This document shows positions 1 through 8,694 of a stretch of 41,960 nucleotides of DNA, piece by piece (the stretch's first letter is position 1; the number at the start of each line of letters is the position of its first letter). The position numbers and the translations under genes were made by a program. The stretch covers positions 11,885 to 53,844 of the forward strand of contig DOWV01000226.1 of the NCBI GenBank assembly GCA_003519375.1, in the 5' to 3' direction. Origin of the DNA: Bacteroidota bacterium. GTDB taxonomy: Bacteria > Bacteroidota > Ignavibacteria > UBA10030. The notes beneath the pieces were generated by a model, which searched no databases, had not been told where the DNA came from, and saw nothing but the letters and a program-made list of their open reading frames with translations.

Positions 1-1614
1 CAGAACTTCAGCAAGGAAGTCTACGTCTTCTCTGATTTCCACGAAGGCGTTGTCGCCGGAGAGAAGGACCCCGCCGGCGTGAACGAGAAGCTCTTTTCGC
101 CCGACATCCGGTTGTTTATGGTTTCCCTTGGCAAACGCGGGCTCCGCAACTTCGCGCTCGAGTCGGTAACAATTCCATCTTCGATCTTCGAACGCCGGAA
201 ACCATTTACCGTTCAGGCCCGAATCGGCAACTACACGGGCAGTGATGCCCAGGACCGCGTCGTGAGTGTGTTTCTGAATGGAACCCGGGTCTCTGAGCGA
301 AGCATCGACGTTCCGAAGCATACCTCTGTAACGGTGGAGTTTTCCGTGGCCGCCGATTCTGCGGGTTACGTCGATGGATTCGTGGAACTGGAGCATGATG
401 ACGTAGAGTATGACAACAAGCGATATTTTGCCCTTCGAATTCCGGAACAGACAAGGGTTCTCGTTGTCGGAACTGCAGAAAACACTCAGCTTGTGAAACT
501 TGCCCTTGCGACCGGCGCCGGAACCAATTCCGGATTGTCGGCAGAAGAAGTCCTGCCGGAGCGACTGAACTCAGTCGGGATCAAACGCTCGGATGTCATT
601 GTGCTCGGAACGACTCAAGGCCTTACCATGGCTCAGGTTTCCGAACTTTCGGCTTTTGTAAAGAGCGGCGGCGGCATGATCCTCTTTCCTTCGTCGAAGG
701 TGGATCCCGCTTCGTTCAATGCCCAATTCGCCACCGGCATGGGGTCGCCCCGGCTCGAGGGGATTGATCGTCCGGCGGGGACAGCAGGCTCCGCATCGTT
801 CGTAGAATTCGAACGAGCCGACCTGAGCCATCCCGTGTTTGAAGGCATGTTCGAATCTTCAAAGGATGGAGGTATCGGTCAATCATCGCCGGCATCCTCC
901 GACATGAAACTCGAATCTCCGCGGATCCGTGCATCAGCGCGGTTCGCCCTCACGCCGCAGGCAAATGTCATCATTACCATGACCAACGGATGGGCATTCC
1001 TTGCGGAACAGGGAGTGGGATCGGGAAAGCTTCTCCTCTTTGCTGTGCCACCGACAGGCGAGTGGTCAGATTTTCCGACGCGCGGCCTTTTTGTTCCGCT
1101 CCTCCACCGATCGGCACTTTATCTGGCCCGGCAGCAATCGAGAGCGATCGATGCTCTTCCAGGTTCCGAGGTCATTCTCCGGAGCAGTTCAGCGCCGTCG
1201 GGACCGTGGGAGATCCGGACACCGCAGGATCTCAGCGTCCCGGTCACACCGTCCGTGCAATTGTTCCAGCAGTTGTTCCGGTTTGAAGGAACCGGAGAAC
1301 CGGGGATTTATTCCCTCGCCACCCGCGGCTCGACCGTGCAGAAATTCGTGATCAACCTTGATGCCCGCGAATCTCAGACGCTCAAGGCAAGTTCCCAGCA
1401 AGTGAAATCGCTGCTCGAACGAATCGGGATTCAGGACGCAGCCGTTCGAAGCGTGGACACGCCCGAAAACCTGAAACAAGGTGTCCTCGAATCGCGATTC
1501 GGCGTGGAACTGTGGAAATACTTCATTACGTTAGCATTACTGATAGCAGTTATTGAATTACTCGTTGCGAGAACATGGAAGCGGGAAGTAGCTCCGGCAG
1601 CCCATCATGATTGA
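1..1614 (+). CDS. BatA/vWA-associated aerotolerance-type membrane protein, C-terminal part (5' end lies outside the window)
   Basis: Frame 1 is open from base 1, with no stop before the listed GTG at 79, so the CDS is truncated by the window edge. It has a C-terminal hydrophobic helix (LWKYFITLALLIAVIELLVA). The overall look matches FCB-group Bat-operon membrane proteins. Its stop overlaps the hflX start (ATGATTGA). Confidence 0.55.
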   Translation, partial: QNFSKEVYVFSDFHEGVVAGEKDPAGVNEKLFSPDIRLFMVSLGKRGLRNFALESVTIPSSIFERRKPFTVQARIGNYTGSDAQDRVVSVFLNGTRVSERSIDVPKHTSVTVEFSVAADSAGYVDGFVELEHDDVEYDNKRYFALRIPEQTRVLVVGTAENTQLVKLALATGAGTNSGLSAEEVLPERLNSVGIKRSDVIVLGTTQGLTMAQVSELSAFVKSGGGMILFPSSKVDPASFNAQFATGMGSPRLEGIDRPAGTAGSASFVEFERADLSHPVFEGMFESSKDGGIGQSSPASSDMKLESPRIRASARFALTPQANVIITMTNGWAFLAEQGVGSGKLLLFAVPPTGEWSDFPTRGLFVPLLHRSALYLARQQSRAIDALPGSEVILRSSSAPSGPWEIRTPQDLSVPVTPSVQLFQQLFRFEGTGEPGIYSLATRGSTVQKFVINLDARESQTLKASSQQVKSLLERIGIQDAAVRSVDTPENLKQGVLESRFGVELWKYFITLALLIAVIELLVARTWKREVAPAAHHD

Positions 1615-2872
1615 ACTGGCTCAAACCAACAGGGAACGCTGTATCATCGTCGGCGTGTCAACGCGCACCAGCAGCCGCGAAGAGACAGAAGAGTATCTGA
1701 ACGAGCTGGCGCTTCTCGCCGACACAGCCGGTGCTGACGTCATTGCGCGTGTCACCCAGGACAGGGACAGGATTGACTCCGCGACGTTCATCGGCAAGGG
1801 GAAAGTGGAGGAGATCCACACCGCTGTCACCGAGCAGCGAATTCAGCTCGTCATCTTCGACGACGACCTGACGGCGGTTCAGGTGCGAAACCTGGAGAAG
1901 ATCCTGGAATGCAAGGTGCTTGACCGCAGCGGCCTGATACTCGATATTTTCGCGTCACGGGCAAAATCCAACGAAGCGAGGACGCAAGTAGAGCTTGCTC
2001 AGCTCCAGTACTTTCTTCCGCGCCTCACACGGCAATGGACGCACCTTTCAAAGCAGTTCGGCGGCATCGGCACGAAGGGTCCCGGCGAGACGCAAATCGA
2101 AACGGACCGGCGCATGATCCGGGCGAAGATCAGCCATCTGAAGGAAAAGCTCGAGCGCATCTCTCAGCAACGGGTCACGCAGCGAAAAGGCCGGCTTCAT
2201 CACACACGCGCTGCGCTCGTCGGGTACACCAATGCGGGCAAATCAACGCTTCTGAACTTTCTTTCAGGCTCCGACGTCTTCGTCGAAGACAGGCTGTTTG
2301 CCACGCTCGATCCAACCACGCGCATTGTCCAGCTCGGACCGTCCATTCAGATCCTCATGACCGACACCGTCGGATTCATCCGGAAACTTCCTCACCATCT
2401 TGTTGCATCCTTCAAGAGCACACTTGAGGAAATCACTGAAGCTGATATCCTTCTCCACGTTGTCGATGTCGCCAGCAAGACGTTCGAAGAGCAGATCAGC
2501 GTTGTCAATGATACCCTGGCGGAGCTGGGCGCGGCCGAAAAACCTACATTGATGGTTTTCAACAAGATTGACGTTCTCGCCGATCGTACGGTTCTTCAGG
2601 CTGTCGCTGAAGGATATCCCAACCGTGTCTTCATTTCGGCGACGCGTGGGATCAACATCCTTGGATTAAAGGATGAAGTGTTGCGCGTCCTTGAAGCTGA
2701 ATTTGCGGAGGAAACGGTGAGAATTCCCCAGGATCAGCAAAAGCTGATTTCCCAGCTTCACTCAGCTGGCGAAGTACTGGAGCGAACGTACGAGGATGCG
2801 GAGGTTATCCTCCGCATGAGAATTCACAGAAAAGACCGCGAACGGATCGCAAATCTTCTGCAAAAGAAGTAG
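1607..2872 (+). CDS. hflX: GTPase HflX
   Basis: G1 motif GYTNAGKSTLLN, G3 DTVGF and G4 NKID. The HflX-specific N-terminal domain is present (IVGV...EELxxLA...). Length is 421 aa. Confidence 0.95.
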   Translation: MIELAQTNRERCIIVGVSTRTSSREETEEYLNELALLADTAGADVIARVTQDRDRIDSATFIGKGKVEEIHTAVTEQRIQLVIFDDDLTAVQVRNLEKILECKVLDRSGLILDIFASRAKSNEARTQVELAQLQYFLPRLTRQWTHLSKQFGGIGTKGPGETQIETDRRMIRAKISHLKEKLERISQQRVTQRKGRLHHTRAALVGYTNAGKSTLLNFLSGSDVFVEDRLFATLDPTTRIVQLGPSIQILMTDTVGFIRKLPHHLVASFKSTLEEITEADILLHVVDVASKTFEEQISVVNDTLAELGAAEKPTLMVFNKIDVLADRTVLQAVAEGYPNRVFISATRGINILGLKDEVLRVLEAEFAEETVRIPQDQQKLISQLHSAGEVLERTYEDAEVILRMRIHRKDRERIANLLQKK

Positions 2873-2880
2873 GCCCTTCC

Positions 2881-3504
2881 CTATCGTTCCGGCTGCTTGA
2901 TCACGGTTTCACCCCTGAAGAGGCGGCGGAATTCATCAAAGTCCGTCTGAGCACCGACGATATCTCCCCAGTGCATCGGAATTACCATGCGCGGTTTGAA
3001 GGCGTTGGCGGCCTCGGCTGCTTCCTTGGCCGTCATCGTATAGGTTCCTCCGATGGGGAGGAGCGCATAATCGGTGACGACGGCTTTCATCTCCGGCGTA
3101 AAGTCCGAATCACCGCTGTGATAGATCTTCTGTTCCGTCGCGAGCGCGATCACGTAGCCAACCCAGTTGTTCTGTCTCGGATGAAATTTCTTGTTGACGT
3201 TGTAAGCGGGCACTGTTTTCACTTTGAGTTCGCCGACGTTGTAGACCTCCCCGGGCGAAACGGCGATCACCGTGCCCTTGATCTGGTACGCCACGTCCTT
3301 CGGGGCGAACAACGCCGTCCCCTCTTTCCTGATCCGCCCGATGTCCTCCATAGAGAAATGGTCATAGTGCGCGTGCGTGATGAAAATGACATCCGCCTTC
3401 GGCGCCTTCGGGGAGACTTTCCAGGGGTCGATGTAAATCTGTGTTGCACCGTCCTCGATTCTGAAGGACGCATGGCCGAGCCAATGCATGTGCTGATGAT
3501 TCAT
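2881..3504 (-). CDS. MBL-fold metallo-hydrolase (UPF0173-like)
   Basis: HxHxDH motif (THAHYDH). Length of 207 aa is typical of small standalone metallo-beta-lactamase fold proteins. Confidence 0.85.
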   Translation of the reverse strand: MNHQHMHWLGHASFRIEDGATQIYIDPWKVSPKAPKADVIFITHAHYDHFSMEDIGRIRKEGTALFAPKDVAYQIKGTVIAVSPGEVYNVGELKVKTVPAYNVNKKFHPRQNNWVGYVIALATEQKIYHSGDSDFTPEMKAVVTDYALLPIGGTYTMTAKEAAEAANAFKPRMVIPMHWGDIVGAQTDFDEFRRLFRGETVIKQPER

Positions 3505-3574
3505 ATCGTCTCCCTCCTGTTCCGATTCCGTGAAAGAGCAGAAAAGCGAGCAAGCGACCAGCCCGCCGAAAACT

Positions 3575-4666
3575 CTACGATCCGTTCTTCAGCTGCTCCC
3601 GGGCCGCGACAAATCCCGGCTTGATGACATCGTAGATGATCGCGATGCGGCGCTTGTACGGCAGAAAGGCGCTCTTCATCGCATTGATCGTAAGCTTCTC
3701 CAGATCCTCGAGCTTGAGCTTGAACACCTCGGAAGCCGTGTGGTATTCATCTGTCAAGGTGATGTTGCTCATGAGCCGGTCGTCGGTGTTCAGCGTGACC
3801 CGGAACCGGTACCGGTAATAAATCCCGAACGGATGCTCTTCCATACTTCGCACAGCACCCGTGTGGACGTTGCTCGTGAGGCAGATTTCCAGCGGGATAC
3901 GCTTGTCAAGAACATACTGGGCGAGCGAGCCCATGTTCAAAACCTCGCCGTCTTTCACTTTCATGTCCTCGATAAGGCGTGTGGCATGACCGATGCGATG
4001 AGCCCCGCACCACTGGATTGCCTGCCAAATGGATTCCTTCCCGAATGCTTCACCCGCGTGGACCGTGATGCTGAGATTCTCGCGTTGGATATAGTGGAAG
4101 GCATCGATGTGTTTTTTCGGAGGATAACCGCCTTCCTCACCTGCGAGGTCAAAACCCACCACGCCGTGATCTCGAAAATCGGCTGTCAACTCTGCAATCT
4201 CCTCCGAGAACTGCGGTTTCATACTCCTCATGGCGCAGAGGATTACTCCAAACTCAACGCCAAAATCACGTTTGCCGCGTTCGAGACCTCGCAGCACGGA
4301 TCGGACGACCGTTTCCTGATGGAGTCCCTTCTGCACGTGAAAAGCAGGCGCAAACCTGGTCTCAACGTACACCACGCCATCTTTTTTCATATCCTCGAGC
4401 ATTTCGTACGCCACGCGCTCGAGCGCTTCCTCGGTCTGCATGACTCCGCACGTGTGATCGAAACCCTCCAGGAACAAGGGTAGGCTCCCCCGGGTAGCTC
4501 CGCGAAGGAACCACTCTCCCAACTCGCCCGCATCGGTCGTCGGGAGCTTCTTGTAACCCAGATCTTTCGCGAGTTCGATCACCGTCTGAGGCCGGAGGCC
4601 GCCATCGAGGTGATCGTGCAGCAGCACTTTGGGAACTGAACGCAGGAATTCTTTCGTATAGCTCAT
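3575..4666 (-). CDS. add: adenosine deaminase
   Basis: N-terminal LHDHLDGG metal-binding motif, HAGE motif (VHAGEAFG) and C-terminal TLNTDD motif. Length is 363 aa. Confidence 0.9.
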   Translation of the reverse strand: MSYTKEFLRSVPKVLLHDHLDGGLRPQTVIELAKDLGYKKLPTTDAGELGEWFLRGATRGSLPLFLEGFDHTCGVMQTEEALERVAYEMLEDMKKDGVVYVETRFAPAFHVQKGLHQETVVRSVLRGLERGKRDFGVEFGVILCAMRSMKPQFSEEIAELTADFRDHGVVGFDLAGEEGGYPPKKHIDAFHYIQRENLSITVHAGEAFGKESIWQAIQWCGAHRIGHATRLIEDMKVKDGEVLNMGSLAQYVLDKRIPLEICLTSNVHTGAVRSMEEHPFGIYYRYRFRVTLNTDDRLMSNITLTDEYHTASEVFKLKLEDLEKLTINAMKSAFLPYKRRIAIIYDVIKPGFVAAREQLKNGS

Positions 4667-4740
4667 GGAGTCCTCATCTTCATCAAATCATGGACAACGG
4701 CACACGGCGCCTCTCCATCTCGGAGCACAACCGCCTTAGA

Positions 4741-4756
4741 GGGATCATTTGATCCC
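4741..4756. promoter_or_regulatory. 16-bp perfect palindrome GGGATCA-TT-TGATCCC in the predicted add leader
   Basis: Read directly from the sequence (gggatcatttgatccc). It lies about 10-25 nt downstream of the predicted add transcription start, so it is a candidate operator or short leader hairpin. Confidence 0.4.
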
Positions 4757-4773
4757 GTGGTCATTTCTGACAC

Positions 4774-4802
4774 AATGTAGCGCAGGCTTCGCTGAAATTC
4801 AA
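4774..4802 (-). promoter_or_regulatory. sigma70-like promoter for add (TTGAAT-N17-TACATT)
   Basis: The reverse complement reads cggTTGAATttcagcgaagcctgcgcTACATTgtg with exact 17-nt spacing. It lies about 100 nt upstream of the add ATG. Confidence 0.45.
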
Positions 4803-4827
4803 CCGGTCACGGATGTGACGCCGATAA

Positions 4828-4856
4828 TTGACTTTTCTTTCGAATCTCGTTATTAT
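4828..4856 (+). promoter_or_regulatory. sigma70-like promoter for the REC-kinase operon (TTGACT-N17-TATTAT)
   Basis: Sequence ataaTTGACTtttctttcgaatctcgtTATTATggcg. It sits back-to-back with the add promoter, 25 bp apart, and leaves a ~135-nt leader before the ATG at 4998. Confidence 0.5.
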
Positions 4857-4997
4857 GGCGCGAGATTACTAATCTTGCGAGGCGTGTCTTGCCTCAGTCG
4901 GCTCTCCTCCTTTCCGTTCAGAGCAGGTTACCTGCGAAGACCTCAACAAACTTCTCAGGCTCTTTACGGATTCTCACAATCAGCGGCGCGAATATCT

Positions 4998-6098
4998 ATG
5001 GATGATGAGAAAATCCGGGTCTTAATTGCAGACGACGAGGATGGTTTGCGCACAACGATTGCCGCCTGGCTCGGCGACGAGGGATTTGAGGTCCACGAGG
5101 CTCCCAATGGACTCGAAGCCGTCAAGCTCGTGCAGGCGAACGACTTCGATATCGCCCTGCTCGACATCAGGATGCCCGGGATGAATGGCCTGGAAGTGCT
5201 CCGCTACATCAGAAAGAACTCTCCAACCACTGACGCCGTGATGATGACCGGGATGAGCGATGTCGGCATGGCCGTCGAGGCGATGAAGCTCGGCTCCAGG
5301 GAATACCTCACCAAGCCGATCGACCTCGACCAGCTTGTCCCCCAGCTGAGAGCGCTGATGCGAAAGCGTGACGCAGAGGACCGCATCCGTCAGCTTCAGG
5401 CAGAGCACACCGCGCGGCTCCTCTATGACCTTCACAACCCGATTTCAGGCCTGCGCCAGAGCATTGGCTATCTCCTTAAGGGAATGGCGGGAACGGTGAG
5501 CGACCACCAAAAGGAACTCCTGGGGTACATGACGAACTCGATTGACCGCGTCATTGGACTTCTGGACGGCATGATGGACCTGACGAAGCTCGAGGCCGGC
5601 CGCGTCCGGCTGAATAAGGGGTTCAGCGTTCTGACCGACCTCGTCAATGAGGCCGTGCAAGAGTTTCGCGTTCCTCTCCAGGCTGCTCAAATCGCGGTCG
5701 ATGTCAAGGCTGAGTCCGACCTTCCTCCGATCGAATTCGACAGACAGAAAATCCACCAGGTCCTCGAGAATCTCCTGAGCCATGCGCTTGGTGCCACTCC
5801 CGTCCAGGGCGCAATCATTATCCACGTCCAGAAAGTGGCGATGGTCATGGAAGAGGGGCAGCAACCAGCCGACTACGCCCTGGCCTCCATCTTCAACAGC
5901 GGACCGGGGATCTCCAAGGAAGAACTCTCGCTCGTTTTCGATCGCTATAGGAACGTCAAGAAGGATTCAGAAGATCAGCGCGTTACGCTCGGCCTCATCA
6001 TTTGTCAGCGCATTATCGAAGCGCACAATGGCAAGATCTGGGTCGAATCTGAACCAGGCAAAGGGGCGACGTTCAGTTTCGTCCTTCCTATCCGTTGA
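4998..6098 (+). CDS. soluble receiver-histidine kinase (REC-HisKA-HATPase_c)
   Basis: The receiver starts MDDEKIRVLIADDEDG, with DIRMPGMNG and a conserved K (LTKP). H-box LHNPISGL is present, as are the ATPase motifs (FNSGPGIS, GLIICQRIIEAHNGKIWVESEPGKGATF). No transmembrane segment is seen. I prefer ATG 4998 to the listed TTG at 4749, because receivers begin a few residues before the hhhhDD strand. Confidence 0.85.
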   Translation: MDDEKIRVLIADDEDGLRTTIAAWLGDEGFEVHEAPNGLEAVKLVQANDFDIALLDIRMPGMNGLEVLRYIRKNSPTTDAVMMTGMSDVGMAVEAMKLGSREYLTKPIDLDQLVPQLRALMRKRDAEDRIRQLQAEHTARLLYDLHNPISGLRQSIGYLLKGMAGTVSDHQKELLGYMTNSIDRVIGLLDGMMDLTKLEAGRVRLNKGFSVLTDLVNEAVQEFRVPLQAAQIAVDVKAESDLPPIEFDRQKIHQVLENLLSHALGATPVQGAIIIHVQKVAMVMEEGQQPADYALASIFNSGPGISKEELSLVFDRYRNVKKDSEDQRVTLGLIICQRIIEAHNGKIWVESEPGKGATFSFVLPIR

Positions 6099-6115
6099 AT
6101 CAACTGTAAGGCGAT

Positions 6116-7495
6116 ATGTCCAAAGCTCCCATATCAGTACTCGCCGTCGACGATGACGCCTCCCTGCTCGAGGTGCTGACCGGCGTGCTCCAGCAGGAGG
6201 GCTACGAGGTCCAGAAAGCGACCGACGGCATCAGTGCGATCAACGCTGTCCAGTCTCAGCCCTTCGATATCGTCCTGCTCGACATCAAGATGCCCCGTGT
6301 CGACGGCATTGAAGTTCTCCGCTTCATCAAGGGTCACTACCTCGACTGTGAAGTCATCATGCTCACGGGCGCTGCGGATATCAAAACCGCGGTCGAGTGT
6401 TTGCAGGCAGGGGCCTTCCATTATGTCACGAAACCGTATTCCATTGAAGAACTCCTGACGGTCATCGACAGGGCTCTCGAACGCAGGCAGCTTCTTGCTC
6501 AGAACAAGATCCTGAAGTCCGAGCTGGAGCGGCATGCGTTTTCCGACTCGATCGTCAGCAGAAGCAAGGCCTTTCTGGATGTTCTGAATCTGGCCGCGCG
6601 CGTGGCCCCGACCGATTCCACCGTGCTCATCCAGGGCTCAAGCGGAACCGGAAAAGAACTGCTGGCGAATTTTCTCCACGCAAACAGCCCGCGCAAAACT
6701 CTCCCGATGGTGGCCCTCAATTGCTCCTCCATCCCGGAGACTCTCATCGAGAGCGAACTCTTCGGACACGAGAGAGGTTCGTTTACGGATGCCATCGCGA
6801 CCAAGCAGGGACTCGTGGAAATTGCCAATGGAGGGACTCTCTTTCTGGACGAGGTCGCCGAAATCTCGACGATGGTCCAGCCGAAAATCCTCCGATTTCT
6901 GCAGACCGGAGAATACCGGCGGGTGGGAGGCGCGAAGGTGCTGAAATCCGACGTTCGCATCATCTCGGCGACGAACAAAGATCTCCGCCAGGAGGTCGCC
7001 GCGGGACGATTCCGGGAAGATCTGCTGTACCGGCTCAACGTGATTACACTCACTCTTCCGCCCCTCCGCGAGCGGAAGGAAGACGTGCCGCTCCTCGTTG
7101 AGCATTTCGTCAAGAAACACCGCCGCATGAAAGAACCAAAACGCGTTGACGAGCAAGCTATGGCGCTCCTCGGCAAGTACGACTGGCCGGGCAACGTACG
7201 CGAACTGGAAAACGTCATTGAGCGGGCGATCATCCTCTCGCGAGACAACATAATCCGTGTGGATGATCTCTCTCTCCCCATCGGCCCTCAATCCTACACC
7301 GAACCGCTTGCACCGATCGATCCGTCAGCACCACGGCTGGGAAGCGCAGTACTGATGGTGGACATCGAAAAAGCACATATCCACGGGGTCCTGAATTCGG
7401 TGAGCTGGAATAAGAACATCGCGGCGAAGATTCTCGGGATCAGCCTGAAGACGCTTTACACGAAGATTCGTCAGTACGATCTTACCAAAGGGTGA
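6116..7495 (+). CDS. sigma-54-dependent (NtrC-family) response regulator
   Basis: REC domain (VLAVDDD...DIKMPRVDG...TKP). AAA+ Walker A GSSGTGKE and ESELFGHERGSFTDA, a variant of the GAFTGA loop. Also GGTLFLDEV and RFREDLLYRLNV, plus a C-terminal Fis-type HTH (AAKILGISLKTLYTKIRQY). Confidence 0.9.
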   Translation: MSKAPISVLAVDDDASLLEVLTGVLQQEGYEVQKATDGISAINAVQSQPFDIVLLDIKMPRVDGIEVLRFIKGHYLDCEVIMLTGAADIKTAVECLQAGAFHYVTKPYSIEELLTVIDRALERRQLLAQNKILKSELERHAFSDSIVSRSKAFLDVLNLAARVAPTDSTVLIQGSSGTGKELLANFLHANSPRKTLPMVALNCSSIPETLIESELFGHERGSFTDAIATKQGLVEIANGGTLFLDEVAEISTMVQPKILRFLQTGEYRRVGGAKVLKSDVRIISATNKDLRQEVAAGRFREDLLYRLNVITLTLPPLRERKEDVPLLVEHFVKKHRRMKEPKRVDEQAMALLGKYDWPGNVRELENVIERAIILSRDNIIRVDDLSLPIGPQSYTEPLAPIDPSAPRLGSAVLMVDIEKAHIHGVLNSVSWNKNIAAKILGISLKTLYTKIRQYDLTKG

Positions 7496-7569
7496 AACAG
7501 CCCGGGGTCTTCCCCCGCGGGGGTCGAAGCTTCGGGAAGCGGCGAATCACGACGCATCAGGGTTGTTCC

Positions 7570-8049
7570 ATGAATCTCTATCTCCTTCGGCACGGAGAGG
7601 CGCTCAGCGGCGCACAATACCCGGATAGTGAACGACCCTTGTCCAATCACGGATTGCAGCAGGCGGCCGCTGTCGGCCGTTTCTTCCGCGACCGGGGAAT
7701 CCGGTTTGACCACATCTTCTGCAGTCCTTTACTGAGGGCCAGACAGACCGCAGAGACCCTCATGCTTGAATCCGGCGCGAACCCGATCAACACGACCGAC
7801 GCGCTTGTCTCGTCGAGCGACCCGCACCTCATCCTCCTGGAGCTCCGGCCGCTCGATTGCGAGGAGATCCTGGTCGTCGGGCACGAACCGCATTTGAGCA
7901 GGACAGTTTCCCTCCTCCTCGGCCTCGAAGACCGAAGCCGGGTAGAAATGAAGACCTGCAGCCTTGCGTGTGTCGCGACCGCTGCTGCACCGAGTCCGGG
8001 CCGCGGCATGCTCCGCTGGCTCATCCCGTCGAACGCAACGCTGAAATAG
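7570..8049 (+). CDS. sixA: phosphohistidine phosphatase SixA
   Basis: Starts MNLYLLRHGEA (RHG catalytic motif), with a second His motif VVGHEP. The 159-aa length is typical of SixA. The listed ORF start at 7492 adds an implausible basic extension. Confidence 0.8.
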   Translation: MNLYLLRHGEALSGAQYPDSERPLSNHGLQQAAAVGRFFRDRGIRFDHIFCSPLLRARQTAETLMLESGANPINTTDALVSSSDPHLILLELRPLDCEEILVVGHEPHLSRTVSLLLGLEDRSRVEMKTCSLACVATAAAPSPGRGMLRWLIPSNATLK

Positions 8050-8104
8050 TGTTCCGTTGTCTGCACGAATTGCCTTGCGTGTTCGCCCTTTACACCGGAA
8101 TAAG

Positions 8105-8133
8105 TTGAATCCGTGACAGAATCCTCGTAAGAT
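8105..8133 (+). promoter_or_regulatory. sigma70-like promoter (TTGAAT-N17-TAAGAT)
   Basis: Sequence aagTTGAATccgtgacagaatcctcgTAAGATagc, about 40 nt upstream of the ATG at 8175. It is preceded by the end of sixA. Confidence 0.4.
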
Positions 8134-8174
8134 AGCTGTGCCGCTCATGTTCCAACCTCTGGAAGGAATTCCGT

Positions 8175-8657
8175 ATGGACCTCAAAACTGTCAAAATCGA
8201 GAAACCCGAAACGACGAACTTCATCCTGGGTCAATCTCATTTCATCAAAACGGTCGAGGACATCCATGAAGCAATCGTCCAAACGAATTCACATATGAGA
8301 TTCGGTGTCGGGTTCTGCGAATCGTCCGGACCGGCACTTGTGCGATTTTCGGGCAACGATCCGGCCATGATCGAGCTCGCGAAATCGAATGCCATGGCTC
8401 TGTCGTGCGGGCACAGTTTCATTCTTTTCATTGAGGACGGATTCCCGGTCAACATACTGAATGTCATCAAAAACCTCCCCGAGGTGTGCAATATCTACTG
8501 TGCCACAGCAAATCCTGTCGAGGTCATTGTTGCTGAATCCACCCAGGGCCGGGGTATTCTGGGAGTCATCGACGGGTTGAAGACTCAGGGAATTGAGACT
8601 GATGCGGACATCAAAACCCGCAAAGAATTCCTGCGCAAAATCGGATACAAACTCTAA
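8175..8657 (+). CDS. PF04008-type 'adenosine-specific kinase' family protein
   Basis: The N-terminus (KIEKPE..N.ILGQSHFIKTVEDIHEA) and the ~160-aa length match my memory of this family. GGAAGG lies 9 nt upstream of the ATG. Confidence 0.7.
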   Translation: MDLKTVKIEKPETTNFILGQSHFIKTVEDIHEAIVQTNSHMRFGVGFCESSGPALVRFSGNDPAMIELAKSNAMALSCGHSFILFIEDGFPVNILNVIKNLPEVCNIYCATANPVEVIVAESTQGRGILGVIDGLKTQGIETDADIKTRKEFLRKIGYKL

Positions 8658-8694
8658 GCAACGGTCTGAACACGACTACCCACCGAGGTTAACA

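Noticed and set aside
3530-4483. Long antisense ORFs opposite well-supported genes. Examples are 3530-4483 (+) 317 aa, 6499-7281 (-) 260 aa, 10050-10937 (-) 295 aa, 18105-18818 (-) 237 aa, 23521-24351 (+) 276 aa, 24858-25724 (+) 288 aa, 25995-27095 (+) 366 aa and 36674-37450 (+) 258 aa.
   Set aside because: - Each lies entirely within a gene on the other strand that has unmistakable family motifs (add, the sigma54 activator, hutU, ftcD, gcvP, rnc, fabF, crp).
- Their translations are Arg/Ser/Pro-rich with no motifs.
- Long shadow ORFs are expected in GC-rich DNA.
4749-4997. N-terminal extensions in the supplied ORF track. They are 4749 for the REC-kinase, 7492 for sixA, 8593 for ridA, 17565 for ftcD, 20318 for rsmE, 35364 for the T9SS protein, 38557 for the 109-aa protein and 39634 for the glycosylase.
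   Set aside because: - The extensions overlap upstream genes or promoter/repeat DNA, and they use weak alternative starts.
- They add sequence that is not part of the recognised domain. Internal Met codons coincide with the canonical family N-termini or signal peptides.
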